From sequence record SRR31156797_4947: a stretch of 47,541 nt of DNA. One strand, given 5' to 3'. Shown one piece after another: positions 29,661 through 39,630 of the stretch. The notes beneath the pieces were generated by a model, which saw only the letters and a list, made by a program, of their open reading frames with translations, was not told the DNA's origin and did not search any database. The stretch's first letter is position 1, and every line of letters starts with the position of its first letter. The translations under genes and the position numbers were made by a program.

Positions 29661-30425
29661 CTAGTTCAAGCATTTCACGCATTCTTTATATCCGTACTTG
29701 CGGATATGCTCCAGAATGTCGCGGGGTCTGGCTTCACAGCAGAGATGGCCGTTAAAAAGGACCTGTCCACGGTCAGCATTGATGTAATCCAGAATATGTC
29801 CGGTATGGGTGATGATCAGACCACAGGTATTTGTACCCTTTTTCATCTTCTGCTCTTTCATGCTCAAATCAAGATTAGGCTTGATTTCACCATCGAGAAG
29901 AGTGCGGGCCATTTTACCGATCAGGTGCATATTTTCAAGGTCAACACCGGACTCAGGCTCATCAAAAAGCAACAGACTGGGATTCTGAGCCATGAGCTGA
30001 AGCAGTTCGGAACGCTTGATCTCACCACCGGAAAAACCGGAATTGATATCGCGATCGAGAAAATTAGTCATATTGACGCGCTGAGCCAACATTTCAACGT
30101 CAACGTCGGAACCGTTACCACACATTTTTACCAGATGGCGGGTCTTCAAACCATGAATGGTCGGGGGACGCTGGAAGGACATGCCAATACCAAGACGGGC
30201 ACGCTCATAAATAGGGGCGTAGGTGATGTCTTCACCTTTGAAAGTAATCTTGCCCTTGGTAACATCATAATTACTGAACCCCATAAGGGTCATAAGAAGG
30301 GAAGTCTTACCGGAACCGTTGGGTCCGAAAAGAATGAAGGTCTCACCTTCTTTTATATGCAGGTTGAGGCCCTTAATGACCTCCTTGTCGCCGATACTGA
30401 CGTGCAAGTCTTCTATTTTAAGCAT
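29661..30425 (-). CDS. sufC: SufC-like Fe-S assembly ABC ATPase (SmsC-like)
   Basis: GPNGSGKT, GFSGGEIKRSE, DEPESGVD, ITH; C-terminal Cys motif (CC...CVKC). Confidence 0.88.
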   Translation of the reverse strand: MLKIEDLHVSIGDKEVIKGLNLHIKEGETFILFGPNGSGKTSLLMTLMGFSNYDVTKGKITFKGEDITYAPIYERARLGIGMSFQRPPTIHGLKTRHLVKMCGNGSDVDVEMLAQRVNMTNFLDRDINSGFSGGEIKRSELLQLMAQNPSLLLFDEPESGVDLENMHLIGKMARTLLDGEIKPNLDLSMKEQKMKKGTNTCGLIITHTGHILDYINADRGQVLFNGHLCCEARPRDILEHIRKYGYKECVKCLN

Positions 30426-30707
30426 TGAAATTCCTCACTTTATAAGCGAAAAGCCAAAAATGGAGTTATTTAGTCGAATTAAGTACGCCTTGAAGAGCTA
30501 ATAAAATTCACTTTTCAAGTCCAGAATAAATAATGATTAATTTCACAATATACTGGCTCGGAACTCTCGCGCACGATATGAAAAGTGGTAATGACTCTAG
30601 AAAAGTCAAGGCACAAAGCAAAAAAATTCAAATTTCCTGAACACAAAGATTTACTTCATACCGGATAATGACTAATTTGATAGCTCATTTTTTCAGGAGA
30701 TATTTTT

Positions 30708-31451
30708 ATGGCTAAAAAGAAAATAAATTCCCTTTCAGATCTGAAGGGGTTGAAATTCAAAAAAGATACAAAAGAAGATCATGTACCTAAGGCGGTCAGG
30801 AAAGCACTTGCAGCTGTGAAAAAAAAGCCCGCCCCCATTGAACCGGAAGAAAAGGAAATTGAAGTGGATGACGATCAGGCGTTCATGGATGCAATGGCCG
30901 GTGTCGAGCGCATGGACCGTTCCACCGTTGCTCCCAAAAAGCCGAAGCCAACCCCGGCTCCCAAAATGTCAGAAGAAAACGAAGGCAAAGAATACCTGAG
31001 CAGCCTTATTTCCGGTAAGATAGAATTTGAACTGGAGTATTCTGACGAATTCATGTTCGGCTATGTGCGCGGAACTGATTCCAAAGTTTTCCAGAAACTG
31101 AAACAAGGTGCTTTCAGCTATGAATCTCACATCGACCTGCACGGCATGAATTCCGAACAGGCTTTCGACAACCTGCTCTTTTTCATCCGCGAATCATTCC
31201 TGCAAGGCAAACGCTGCGTGCTGGCCGTTACCGGACGAGGCAAAAATTCCCCCGGAGGACACTCCGTGCTCAAGCGCGAGATTCAAGAATGGCTGACCCG
31301 TGATCCATTCCGCCGTGTTGTGCTGGCTTTCTGTACAGCACAGCCCAAAGATGGCGGTGCCGGAGCTTTATACATCCTGCTGCGCAAGCAAAAGAAAGTT
31401 CAAGGCAAGGTCAAATGGGACAAAGGCATTAACTGGGGCAAAGACATTTAA
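30708..31451 (+). CDS. Stand-alone Smr-domain endonuclease
   Basis: IDLHG, VTGRGKNS, DGGAGALYILLR; AGGAG RBS. Confidence 0.9.
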   Translation: MAKKKINSLSDLKGLKFKKDTKEDHVPKAVRKALAAVKKKPAPIEPEEKEIEVDDDQAFMDAMAGVERMDRSTVAPKKPKPTPAPKMSEENEGKEYLSSLISGKIEFELEYSDEFMFGYVRGTDSKVFQKLKQGAFSYESHIDLHGMNSEQAFDNLLFFIRESFLQGKRCVLAVTGRGKNSPGGHSVLKREIQEWLTRDPFRRVVLAFCTAQPKDGGAGALYILLRKQKKVQGKVKWDKGINWGKDI

Positions 31452-32474
31452 ATGGAAATTTTTGATAATCCGGAACGCATAAAATTGGCTTTTGGAATCC
31501 CTTTTTTCAATATGGATTTCAATGAGCTGATGCTGACTGTGGGAGAACGTGCAGGCGCGAAAGAAAAAACAATGATCTTTGCGCCTTCTTTCCCATGGCT
31601 GCTGGATTATGCAAAATCCCCCAGTATCTGCCCGAACTGTGCAGACTTCATCCTCCCGACGGATTCAGAACTCATCAATTTGGCCCACAAAGCTGAAATC
31701 AAGTTAAAAATGCCCTTGGAGTACTTTGAATTCCCGGAACAAATCGCCAGAATATGTGCCCACTACGGATTCAGCCTGCTCCATGTTTCAGAAACAACAC
31801 TTAAAACTGACATCCTGATTCGTGACGGCTACGTTCCACTGTCATGGGATTTATTCACTCATTTCAAAACCACAGGGGAACTGGACGAAATCGATATTCA
31901 ATCGATTGTGGGCAGTGCCAATAACCTGCACCCGGACATTATACTTATCTCGGCCCCTCCGGAATCCATCAGCAGTTGTATTCCGAAAATTTATGAGCAG
32001 TTGCCAGACTGCATGTTGATCTGCATCCCTCAAGATACAGATAAAAATAGAATAGAAGATAAACTGGATAACATTTTTATTCCGCTGCTGCTTCTACGCG
32101 AAGAAATCAATTATCTGGAAGAAATCAAACGCACTGCATCCATGTCTCTGCCCTCTTCGGTCAACTATGACGAAACCAGCATACCGCCGAAGATTATGAT
32201 TTCAGGCACCCTTGATGCCGGGATCATCCCCGACTTACTGCGAACCGGAAGCCGTATGCTGGACCGTAACTTCACTCCAGCTTTGGATTTATCCGATACC
32301 AATGCTGCTTCAATCAAAGGCATGGAAGCCCTCTGCTTTCTAAGCCGTAAATTCCGTGAAGCAGGAAAAGAGATAACAATAAGCGAAATATCAAATAACC
32401 TGCAAAACACCATGCATCGATCCGGAGCGATGGTATGCTTTACTGGTTATCCCGGTATTCTGAACGATTTATAA
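31452..32474 (+). CDS. Degenerate WecB/TagA/CpsF-like domain fused to a STAS domain
   Basis: N-terminal GIPFFNMDFNE...ADFILP...PDIILIS; C-terminal ISGTLDA...LDLSDT...SIKGMEAL STAS pattern. Confidence 0.6.
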   Translation: MEIFDNPERIKLAFGIPFFNMDFNELMLTVGERAGAKEKTMIFAPSFPWLLDYAKSPSICPNCADFILPTDSELINLAHKAEIKLKMPLEYFEFPEQIARICAHYGFSLLHVSETTLKTDILIRDGYVPLSWDLFTHFKTTGELDEIDIQSIVGSANNLHPDIILISAPPESISSCIPKIYEQLPDCMLICIPQDTDKNRIEDKLDNIFIPLLLLREEINYLEEIKRTASMSLPSSVNYDETSIPPKIMISGTLDAGIIPDLLRTGSRMLDRNFTPALDLSDTNAASIKGMEALCFLSRKFREAGKEITISEISNNLQNTMHRSGAMVCFTGYPGILNDL

Positions 32475-32483
32475 ATTAACTCA

Positions 32484-32557
32484 GCGAAGCTTGTTAAAAA
32501 ATTTTGGGAGAGTCCTGAGAACCCTTTTGCAAAAGGGTTCTTTGACCGCCGGAGGCA
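32484..32557 (+). repeat. Short intergenic repeat, copy 2, with a perfect 24-bp palindrome
   Basis: GCGAAGC (32484-32490), palindrome AGAACCCTTTTGCAAAAGGGTTCT (32518-32541), then TTGACCGCCGGAGGCA; lies between convergent genes. Confidence 0.7.
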
Positions 32558-32559
32558 TC

Positions 32560-34902
32560 TTAAAGCATATTTACCGGATCAAGATCCATGGTGATACGAA
32601 TCTGCTTCTTATCGGGATTACGGCGCAATATCTGAGCATAAAGCTCACGGGTTTTCATCCAATCATCAGATTTGAGCAGACAATTGAAACGCTTTCGCCC
32701 GCGGAGTTGTGCCAGCGGGGCTGGAACAGGCCCCATGGCCATGATTCCGGCTTCTTTGGCAGCCTCACGGATGATGCTGAAAAACTGCGGACAAAGATGC
32801 TCGCCTTCCCAACCCATAGGATGGCTAATGCGAACCAGGGTCAACTTGGTAAATGGCGGATAACGAAACCTACGCCGCTTCTCAATTTCCTTTTCAAAAA
32901 ATGTTTTGTAATCAGCGGAAGTAACCGCTCCCCAGATAGGATTTTGCGGGTTACGGGTTTGGATAATTACCTCTCCCGGCTTCTCGCCTCTACCTGCACG
33001 CCCAGAAACCTGCACCAAAAGCTGAAAGGTTCGCTCTGCTGAACGATAATCAGGAAGGTTGAGTCCAAGATCACCTTCGGAAACGACTACCAACGTCACA
33101 CCGGGGAAATTGTGTCCCTTAGAAAGCATCTGGGTCCCGACCAACACCTGCGCATCACCACGGGCAAAACTTTTCAGGATTTCATCCAACCGTTCCTGCC
33201 TGCGTGTGGAGTCTCGGTCCATGCGTAAAATTTTCGTTTCCGGCGGCAAAGCCTTGGCAACCTGTTCCTCAAGACGCTCGGTACCGCCACCAAGCGGCAA
33301 GAGATTGCTGCCCCCGCAAATAGAGCACGGCAAGGGGAAATGATAGGCATTACCGCAATAGTGACAGATCACCCGTTCACGGCCCTTGTGGTAGGTCATA
33401 CTCACATTACAATGCGGACACTTAAAAGGTTCTTCGCAATCCGTGCAATAAATCAGCGGAGAAAAGCCACGACGGTTAAGCATGACCACCGCCTGCTCAC
33501 CCTTCTCCACCACCTCTTTCAAACGGGCTTCGGTTTCCGGGGCAAAAGGCTGTTCCGGGTTCTTAATCGCGCTGGTATCAACGACTTTAACTGCCGGAAG
33601 TACGGACTTCCCAACCCGTTTTTCCATGGAAATAACTTCGAATGCACCCTGCTGTGCAGCATGGAAGGTTTTGATATCCGGTGTTGCGGAACCGAGCACC
33701 AACAGGCTCCCGGTCATATGGGCCAACACGTAAGCCACTTCCTTGGCCTGATACGGCAGTCGCTCTTCCTGCTTGTAGGATTCGTCATGCTCCTCATCCA
33801 CAATGATCAAACCGGGATTACGCACCGGAAGAAACAAAGCCGAACGGGTACCCACAATCAAGGCCGGACTGTCATCCTCTGCCAACGCGCGAAAGATAGC
33901 TTCCTTGCGCACAGGAGTCTGGTAACCATGATAAAGATATTTGCGAGTTTCCGGGAACAACGGACAGATCCCATTCCAAAGAGCGTAAGCAAGAGCTATT
34001 TCAGGAACCAATACAATAACAGACCTGCCCTGCTCCATACACTTACGGGCAGCAGTCATATAGACAAGAGTCTTACCGCTCCCGGTAATTCCGTGCAGAA
34101 GCTTGACCGTGCTCTTCGGTTCATCAAGAGCCGCTAACAGTTCATCAATGGCTCCCTGCTGTTGCTCCGAAGGCGTAAAATCCCACTTGGGTCCTATAGC
34201 TGCACACTTTTCTGCGGGATTGCGTTCTTCCTCCGGCGGCGGACCAATCTTGACCAGTGAATCGGAATGAAGCTTTTTAATCACCCCTGTAGTCCAGTCA
34301 CCCATAATATTTTTCAAAAAACCTTTTTCACGGGGACCGTTTTCAAAAATAAATTCCAGAATCTGCAACTGGCGGGCAGCATTGGGCCGCACCGGCCACG
34401 GAGGATCAGAAGTTAGGCTGACGTACTCTTCCTTTTCAATGGAAGCTGGCAGGCTGACATTCATCCGCCCCTCGTCATAAATCCTGACCAACTCCATGCG
34501 CTTTTCAGTCGGCATGCGTCCGATATCGAGAGCCTTCAGCCGTGCAGGAAATGAACGATCTGCCACCTTGAAAGAAACTTTAGCACTACGAAACCGCTTG
34601 GGCACCACATTTTCCAGAACCTTACCCAAAGGCTGCATCTGTCGAGCACCAATATTGCGATAGAGTTTGAAATGATTGGAATTCAATAACGGTTCGCGCT
34701 CAAGAGGCCAGATTATGGACTTGAGTTCCACATTTTCCGGCGGTGTATTTACAGTCTCAATAAGAAACGCCACACGCACAGAACGGCCCAAAGGCACGAG
34801 AACCCGCTGTCCTTCCATAAGTTTGGGGAGGTCGGCGGGTGCTTCGTATGTATAAATTGAATATGGTGGGCTGGCGAGGCAGGCCTGCCAGAGAGTGTTC
34901 AT
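32560..34902 (-). CDS. priA: Primosomal protein N'
   Basis: HGITGSGKT, VPEIAL, DEEH, NRRG, four CxxC pairs, GTQMLSKG, QVSGRAGR. Confidence 0.97.
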   Translation of the reverse strand: MNTLWQACLASPPYSIYTYEAPADLPKLMEGQRVLVPLGRSVRVAFLIETVNTPPENVELKSIIWPLEREPLLNSNHFKLYRNIGARQMQPLGKVLENVVPKRFRSAKVSFKVADRSFPARLKALDIGRMPTEKRMELVRIYDEGRMNVSLPASIEKEEYVSLTSDPPWPVRPNAARQLQILEFIFENGPREKGFLKNIMGDWTTGVIKKLHSDSLVKIGPPPEEERNPAEKCAAIGPKWDFTPSEQQQGAIDELLAALDEPKSTVKLLHGITGSGKTLVYMTAARKCMEQGRSVIVLVPEIALAYALWNGICPLFPETRKYLYHGYQTPVRKEAIFRALAEDDSPALIVGTRSALFLPVRNPGLIIVDEEHDESYKQEERLPYQAKEVAYVLAHMTGSLLVLGSATPDIKTFHAAQQGAFEVISMEKRVGKSVLPAVKVVDTSAIKNPEQPFAPETEARLKEVVEKGEQAVVMLNRRGFSPLIYCTDCEEPFKCPHCNVSMTYHKGRERVICHYCGNAYHFPLPCSICGGSNLLPLGGGTERLEEQVAKALPPETKILRMDRDSTRRQERLDEILKSFARGDAQVLVGTQMLSKGHNFPGVTLVVVSEGDLGLNLPDYRSAERTFQLLVQVSGRAGRGEKPGEVIIQTRNPQNPIWGAVTSADYKTFFEKEIEKRRRFRYPPFTKLTLVRISHPMGWEGEHLCPQFFSIIREAAKEAGIMAMGPVPAPLAQLRGRKRFNCLLKSDDWMKTRELYAQILRRNPDKKQIRITMDLDPVNML

Positions 34903-34904
34903 TT

Positions 34905-35669
34905 TTATTCCGATTTATTAAGTCTGAGACATTTTTTCAAAAATTCATAAACCTGCCCTGAGGGTAATCCACATCCTTTGGATTTCTTGACAGCAACCGG
35001 GGAAAATACAGCCGGAGCAATTTTCTTACGGATGCTTTTCCACTGGATATTGAAATCAAGGACCTCTTCACCCATTTTCAGGGTTCCGGTATGGGGCAGC
35101 ATAAAACCGGCAAATTTGGAATAAGTTCCGAAACTGATTTCCTGCTGTGGACCGAGCACTATCTTTAGCGGTGCAAAATTTTCATTATTAAACCAGATCT
35201 GGGGAGAATTATCATCGCCCTGCTCCGCTCCGAAAACAAAAGCCGGAATATCATCATGAAAACCGTAGCTTTTAGTAGCATTGGTCATACCGATGGACAT
35301 CCAGTCGGAAACAGGATCATCAGGAGCCCAAAACTGAAGCATGGAAACAGGCATTTCTGCGGTAGCAGGACACTGGGCAATGGTCTTGAAATATTGCCCG
35401 ACAGATTTGGCTTGGACAGTAGCATTGCTGCCTGCCTCGGTAAAAGTCTGCTGCCAGTAATCATGTCCACGCTTGATAACAAGAGTGGTTCCCGGTTCTG
35501 AAGGAAAAGTCAGTTCCGCTTCAAATGAAGTCAAGGCACCGTATTTATGGTACATTGTCTCATTTATTCCTTGGTCAGACGGAAAAAAAGCCCTTGCCGG
35601 GCTGCTAAAAAACAGACACACGGCAAGGACTGAAAGTATCACATAAGTATTTAAATTCTTTACGAACAA
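34905..35669 (-). CDS. Exported hypothetical protein, possibly LolA-like fold
   Basis: Signal peptide ending ARA; beta-rich with QIWFNNENFAPLKI; start overlaps the end of galU. Confidence 0.65.
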   Translation of the reverse strand: MFVKNLNTYVILSVLAVCLFFSSPARAFFPSDQGINETMYHKYGALTSFEAELTFPSEPGTTLVIKRGHDYWQQTFTEAGSNATVQAKSVGQYFKTIAQCPATAEMPVSMLQFWAPDDPVSDWMSIGMTNATKSYGFHDDIPAFVFGAEQGDDNSPQIWFNNENFAPLKIVLGPQQEISFGTYSKFAGFMLPHTGTLKMGEEVLDFNIQWKSIRKKIAPAVFSPVAVKKSKGCGLPSGQVYEFLKKCLRLNKSE

Positions 35670-36529
35670 GACAAAAGCTCCCGCAATCTGGCTACAACGT
35701 CATCACGCAGCCCCTCATCCTGAAGGGCGAAGTAAACATTTGCGGTAAGATAATCCACCCAGTCTCCGGCGTCAAACCTTTGTCCGCGAAGTTTCACGGC
35801 CAGCAATTTGTTGTCCTGAGCCAGTCCCTGCAGAGCATCGGTGAGCTGAATTTCTCCGCCCACACCAGGCTCAAGGCTTTCCAAATGGTCAAAGATCTCA
35901 GGCAACAAGACATAACGTCCGACAATTGCCAGCCTTGAAGGAGCCTGACCGATGGCAGGTTTTTCTACCAGAGAGCGAACCCGGTACATACCCGGCGCGA
36001 ACTCTTCACCCTGAATAATACCGTAGCGGTCAACTTTGTTCTCGGGAACTTCAATAACACCGACCACAGCCATGTTCTCAGTGCGGGCAGCATCAATGAG
36101 CTGCTTGATACCCGGCTCCAGACCAAACATGAGGTCATCACCAACCATTACGGCAAAGGGGTCATTCTTGCAGACTTCCTTGGCGCAAAGAACTGCGTGT
36201 CCAAGTCCGAGCTGTTTTTTCTGACGTACGGAAATAATATTAACCATCTCCGCAACCTTTCTCACTTCCTCAAGGGCTTCGGTCTTGCCGCCACGCTCAA
36301 GCACATCTTCAAGGGAGAGGTTGTAATCAAAGTGATCTTCAATGATCTTCTTGTTCTGGTTGTTAATGAAAACAACATCGGTCAGTCCGCTGGACATGGC
36401 CTCTTCCACCACATGCTGCACAACCGGCTTTTTAAAAATAGGCAGCATTTCCTTGGGAATATTCTTGGTGGCAGGCAATGATCTTGTACCCCATCCAGCA
36501 ACCGGAACAATAACTTTCTTGATGACCAT
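35660..36529 (-). CDS. galU: UTP--glucose-1-phosphate uridylyltransferase
   Basis: PVAGWGTRSLPATKNIPKEMLP, GLGHAV, VEKP, GEIQLTDA. Confidence 0.96.
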   Translation of the reverse strand: MVIKKVIVPVAGWGTRSLPATKNIPKEMLPIFKKPVVQHVVEEAMSSGLTDVVFINNQNKKIIEDHFDYNLSLEDVLERGGKTEALEEVRKVAEMVNIISVRQKKQLGLGHAVLCAKEVCKNDPFAVMVGDDLMFGLEPGIKQLIDAARTENMAVVGVIEVPENKVDRYGIIQGEEFAPGMYRVRSLVEKPAIGQAPSRLAIVGRYVLLPEIFDHLESLEPGVGGEIQLTDALQGLAQDNKLLAVKLRGQRFDAGDWVDYLTANVYFALQDEGLRDDVVARLRELLSCS

Positions 36530-36581
36530 TGATCACAATCTCCTTATACTATTCAGCCTTAATCAACGGCTGAACGAATTA

Positions 36582-37931
36582 TCAGCGTAAATGTTCTTCC
36601 AAAACTCCTGCAAGCTCGGAAGTATAAAGTTCAACTTTGGAACTGTCTTCCGCTTCAACCATGACTCTGGCTACGGATTCAGTTCCGGAATATCTCAACA
36701 GAACACGGCCCTTTCCAGCCAGTTCCTGCTCAACCTGCTTGAGAGCATCCTGCACAGCAGGAACCTCTTCAAAAGGCCTTTTCCGCTTAACGTGAACATT
36801 CTGTAATTTTTGCGGATAAAGTTCAAGCAGTCCGGAAAGTTCGGAAAGCGGTCTGTTCTTCACACACAGTATACGCAATAACTGCAAGGCTGCAAGCAGC
36901 CCATCACCTGTGGTGCTGAATTCTTTGAAAATAAGATGACCGGACTGCTCCCCGCCAAGGATGGCTCCCTCACGACGCATGGCCTCTACAACGTAACGGT
37001 CACCGACCGGTGTACGCAGCAAAGTTCCGCCCCTTTCCTTCATGAAATTTTCCAGAGCCATGTTGCTCATGACTGTCGCTACCAGCATATTGCGGTTAAG
37101 TTTTTCGCGTTCCATAAGATCAGCTGCACACATGGCCATGATCACGTCGCCATCAAGGACCTGCCCTTTTTCATCAACAACAATAAGCCGATCAGCATCA
37201 CCATCAAGAGCCAGTCCAAGGTCGGCATGCTCTTCCACAACCCTCTGTCCGAGGATATTGGGGTAGAGCGAGCCACATTTATCATTGATGTTAAGACCGT
37301 CAGGCTTGTCACCGATACGCACAACCTCCGCGCCCAACTCTTCAAACATATGCCCGAGACTGTAGGCTGCGCCATTGGCGCAATCCAGAACAAGCTTAAC
37401 TCCATTCAGGGTCATATCCTGCGGGAAGCTGTATTTAAGATAAACAATGTAACGTCCGCGGGCATCTTCAATCTTGTAAGCACGCCCGACTTTTTCAGCC
37501 TGCGGATAATCCCACTGGGTATCCTGAGAAAGAACCATGTCGGCAATTTCGTCTTCAACCGAATCAGGAAGTTTATAGCCGCAGGAATCGAAAAATTTAA
37601 TACCATTATCCATGAACGGATTGTGAGAAGCGGAAATGACAATACCAAGATCCGCACGCATGTTGCGGGTCAGAAAAGAAACAGCTGGAGTCGGCATGGG
37701 ACCAACTTGAAAAACATCCATACCCATAGCACAAAGACCGGCAGTCAATGCTGATTCAAACACATAGCCTGAAAGGCGGGTATCTTTACCTATAATAACT
37801 TTATGGCGCTGTTTACCGTTCCTGAAATAGGAACCGGCCGCAAGGCCCATACGCAGGGCAACCTCAGCAGTCATGGGGAAAATATTAACCTGACCGCGCA
37901 GGCCGTCAGTTCCAAACAAACGTTTACTCAT
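36582..37931 (-). CDS. glmM: Phosphoglucosamine mutase
   Basis: LFGTDG, ISASHNP, DGDADR, GEQSGH, RYSGTE. Start placed at ATG 37931 after a GGAG RBS. Confidence 0.96.
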   Translation of the reverse strand: MSKRLFGTDGLRGQVNIFPMTAEVALRMGLAAGSYFRNGKQRHKVIIGKDTRLSGYVFESALTAGLCAMGMDVFQVGPMPTPAVSFLTRNMRADLGIVISASHNPFMDNGIKFFDSCGYKLPDSVEDEIADMVLSQDTQWDYPQAEKVGRAYKIEDARGRYIVYLKYSFPQDMTLNGVKLVLDCANGAAYSLGHMFEELGAEVVRIGDKPDGLNINDKCGSLYPNILGQRVVEEHADLGLALDGDADRLIVVDEKGQVLDGDVIMAMCAADLMEREKLNRNMLVATVMSNMALENFMKERGGTLLRTPVGDRYVVEAMRREGAILGGEQSGHLIFKEFSTTGDGLLAALQLLRILCVKNRPLSELSGLLELYPQKLQNVHVKRKRPFEEVPAVQDALKQVEQELAGKGRVLLRYSGTESVARVMVEAEDSSKVELYTSELAGVLEEHLR

Positions 37932-37967
37932 CCATTTCTCCAAAAAATTGCAGGCCGTTCTAATCAA

Positions 37968-38879
37968 CTACGGCATCTGCCTAGATATAGTTACAGTTAT
38001 TGCTTCAGGTTTTCTCTTTGTTACTGAACAGCCTTTAGGCAGTGTAACTTCATAGGGAACAACGTTATCCCCCGCAGGAATCGTTGCATTCAAATCAATT
38101 GAAGCAGTAATCTCATCTCTGAATCCTTTCTTTCTGAAGAAGGGTTTCGGCCCTTCCACAAGCAGCCTGACGTAATTCTGGCTGGCCCCAAAGTCAACAT
38201 CATCAGGCCCTAAAATATAAAGAGGTACCTTAACCCACATCTTTCCTGAACGGACCGCAAAATCAAGCCCCACGCTGACTAAGCCCGGATTGGACTCCAC
38301 AGTCTCCGGTAATTGCAGGGGAACTTCACCGCTCCAGTTGCCCGGAGAATCCGTATCCAGCATGATGCGCTGGGTTCTGACCTGTGTAATTTTTTTCAAT
38401 ACAGAAGCAGGACCACGAAGTGTTACTTCGTCAGGCGAGCTGTATTTTTTCTTCAAAGTATAATCGCGATGCAGATCACCATCCCATGAGGGAATCACCC
38501 GGACCCGCTTCTTCACGAACATATCCATGACCAGATTTATATGTGAAGGACTGATCTCTACAACTTCAAGAGCACTGCCCAGCCCCAGATTTTCCGGTAC
38601 AATGGTCACCGGGTTATTTCCTACGACCAAGTGCCCGGTATCAAGTGAATAAGCTAATTTTTTGGTATCCAGATTACGGATCAACCCTTTGGGACCACGC
38701 AAACGCACCGACACTTTGCTGATCATACCGTCACGGATAATCATTCCCTGCGGAGGATTGATAATCTCCAGCGGAAATTCAACCCATGTCTCAACCAGAT
38801 CACGCCCGGTAACAAGATACCAGGTTAAAAGGGCCATCATGACGGCTAAAGCGGCTATTTTCCAGTGCTGTACTTTCAT
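37968..38879 (-). CDS. cdaR: CdaR/YbbR-domain protein
   Basis: N-terminal TM and repeated V.V.LRGP YbbR motifs; lies between cdaA and glmM. Confidence 0.85.
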   Translation of the reverse strand: MKVQHWKIAALAVMMALLTWYLVTGRDLVETWVEFPLEIINPPQGMIIRDGMISKVSVRLRGPKGLIRNLDTKKLAYSLDTGHLVVGNNPVTIVPENLGLGSALEVVEISPSHINLVMDMFVKKRVRVIPSWDGDLHRDYTLKKKYSSPDEVTLRGPASVLKKITQVRTQRIMLDTDSPGNWSGEVPLQLPETVESNPGLVSVGLDFAVRSGKMWVKVPLYILGPDDVDFGASQNYVRLLVEGPKPFFRKKGFRDEITASIDLNATIPAGDNVVPYEVTLPKGCSVTKRKPEAITVTISRQMP

Positions 38880-38883
38880 ACCA

Positions 38884-39630
38884 TCAAGTCAAAACGTTTT
38901 TTAAAACCCTTTTAAGACGGACAATGTCAAGGCTGGTTGTCAGTTTGCCACCGATAGCCGCAGACATAGTTCCCCGTTCCTCGGACACAACTAAAGCAAT
39001 GGCGTCAGTTTCCTCACTGATGCCCAGTGCCGCCCTGTGACGGGTACCAATAGCACTCTGACGGGTTGAAACCTGAGCCAGAGGCAAAATACAGGAAGCG
39101 GCAACAATTTTATTTGATTTTATAACCACAGCCCCATCATGCAACGGGGTATCCGGCCAAAAAATATTTATAAGCAACTGCTTGCTGACCCGGCCATTGA
39201 CTTCAACGCCCTTCTCAAGGATATCCCCCAAGGGGACATTTTTCTGAATAACCAGCAAGGCCCCGATCTTTTGGCGGGCCATGGAATCCATGGCAGCACA
39301 GATTTCATCGATGACTGCGATCTCAAAATCCTGTTTACGCCAAAAACGGCCTGCCCCCATCTGGGCCAGACCTTTACGGATATCCCTCTGAAAAAGGACA
39401 ATAATTACAAGAAAGATAGAACTTAAAAAGTTGGTCAGCAGCCAGTTGAGGGTGTAAAGACCGAAGACATCAGAAAGGTAATAAACCAGAAGAACCAGCA
39501 ACAACCCCCAGATAACTGCAGCCGCACGGGTTCCGCGCACCAGCAGGATGATGTAAAAATAGACAATCGCCACCAGACCGATATCAAGCAGCTCTTTCCA
39601 GGAAATTTGAAAGCCCAGAAATTCAAACAT
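38884..39630 (-). CDS. cdaA: Diadenylate cyclase CdaA/DacA
   Basis: Three N-terminal TM helices; DAC motifs PLHDGA and GTRHRAA; VSEERG. Confidence 0.94.
   Translation of the reverse strand: MFEFLGFQISWKELLDIGLVAIVYFYIILLVRGTRAAAVIWGLLLVLLVYYLSDVFGLYTLNWLLTNFLSSIFLVIIVLFQRDIRKGLAQMGAGRFWRKQDFEIAVIDEICAAMDSMARQKIGALLVIQKNVPLGDILEKGVEVNGRVSKQLLINIFWPDTPLHDGAVVIKSNKIVAASCILPLAQVSTRQSAIGTRHRAALGISEETDAIALVVSEERGTMSAAIGGKLTTSLDIVRLKRVLKNVLT

Noticed and set aside
28664-30428. Two long plus-strand ORFs (300 and 335 aa)
   Set aside because: Antisense shadows of sufB and sufC, explained by codon bias on the coding strand.
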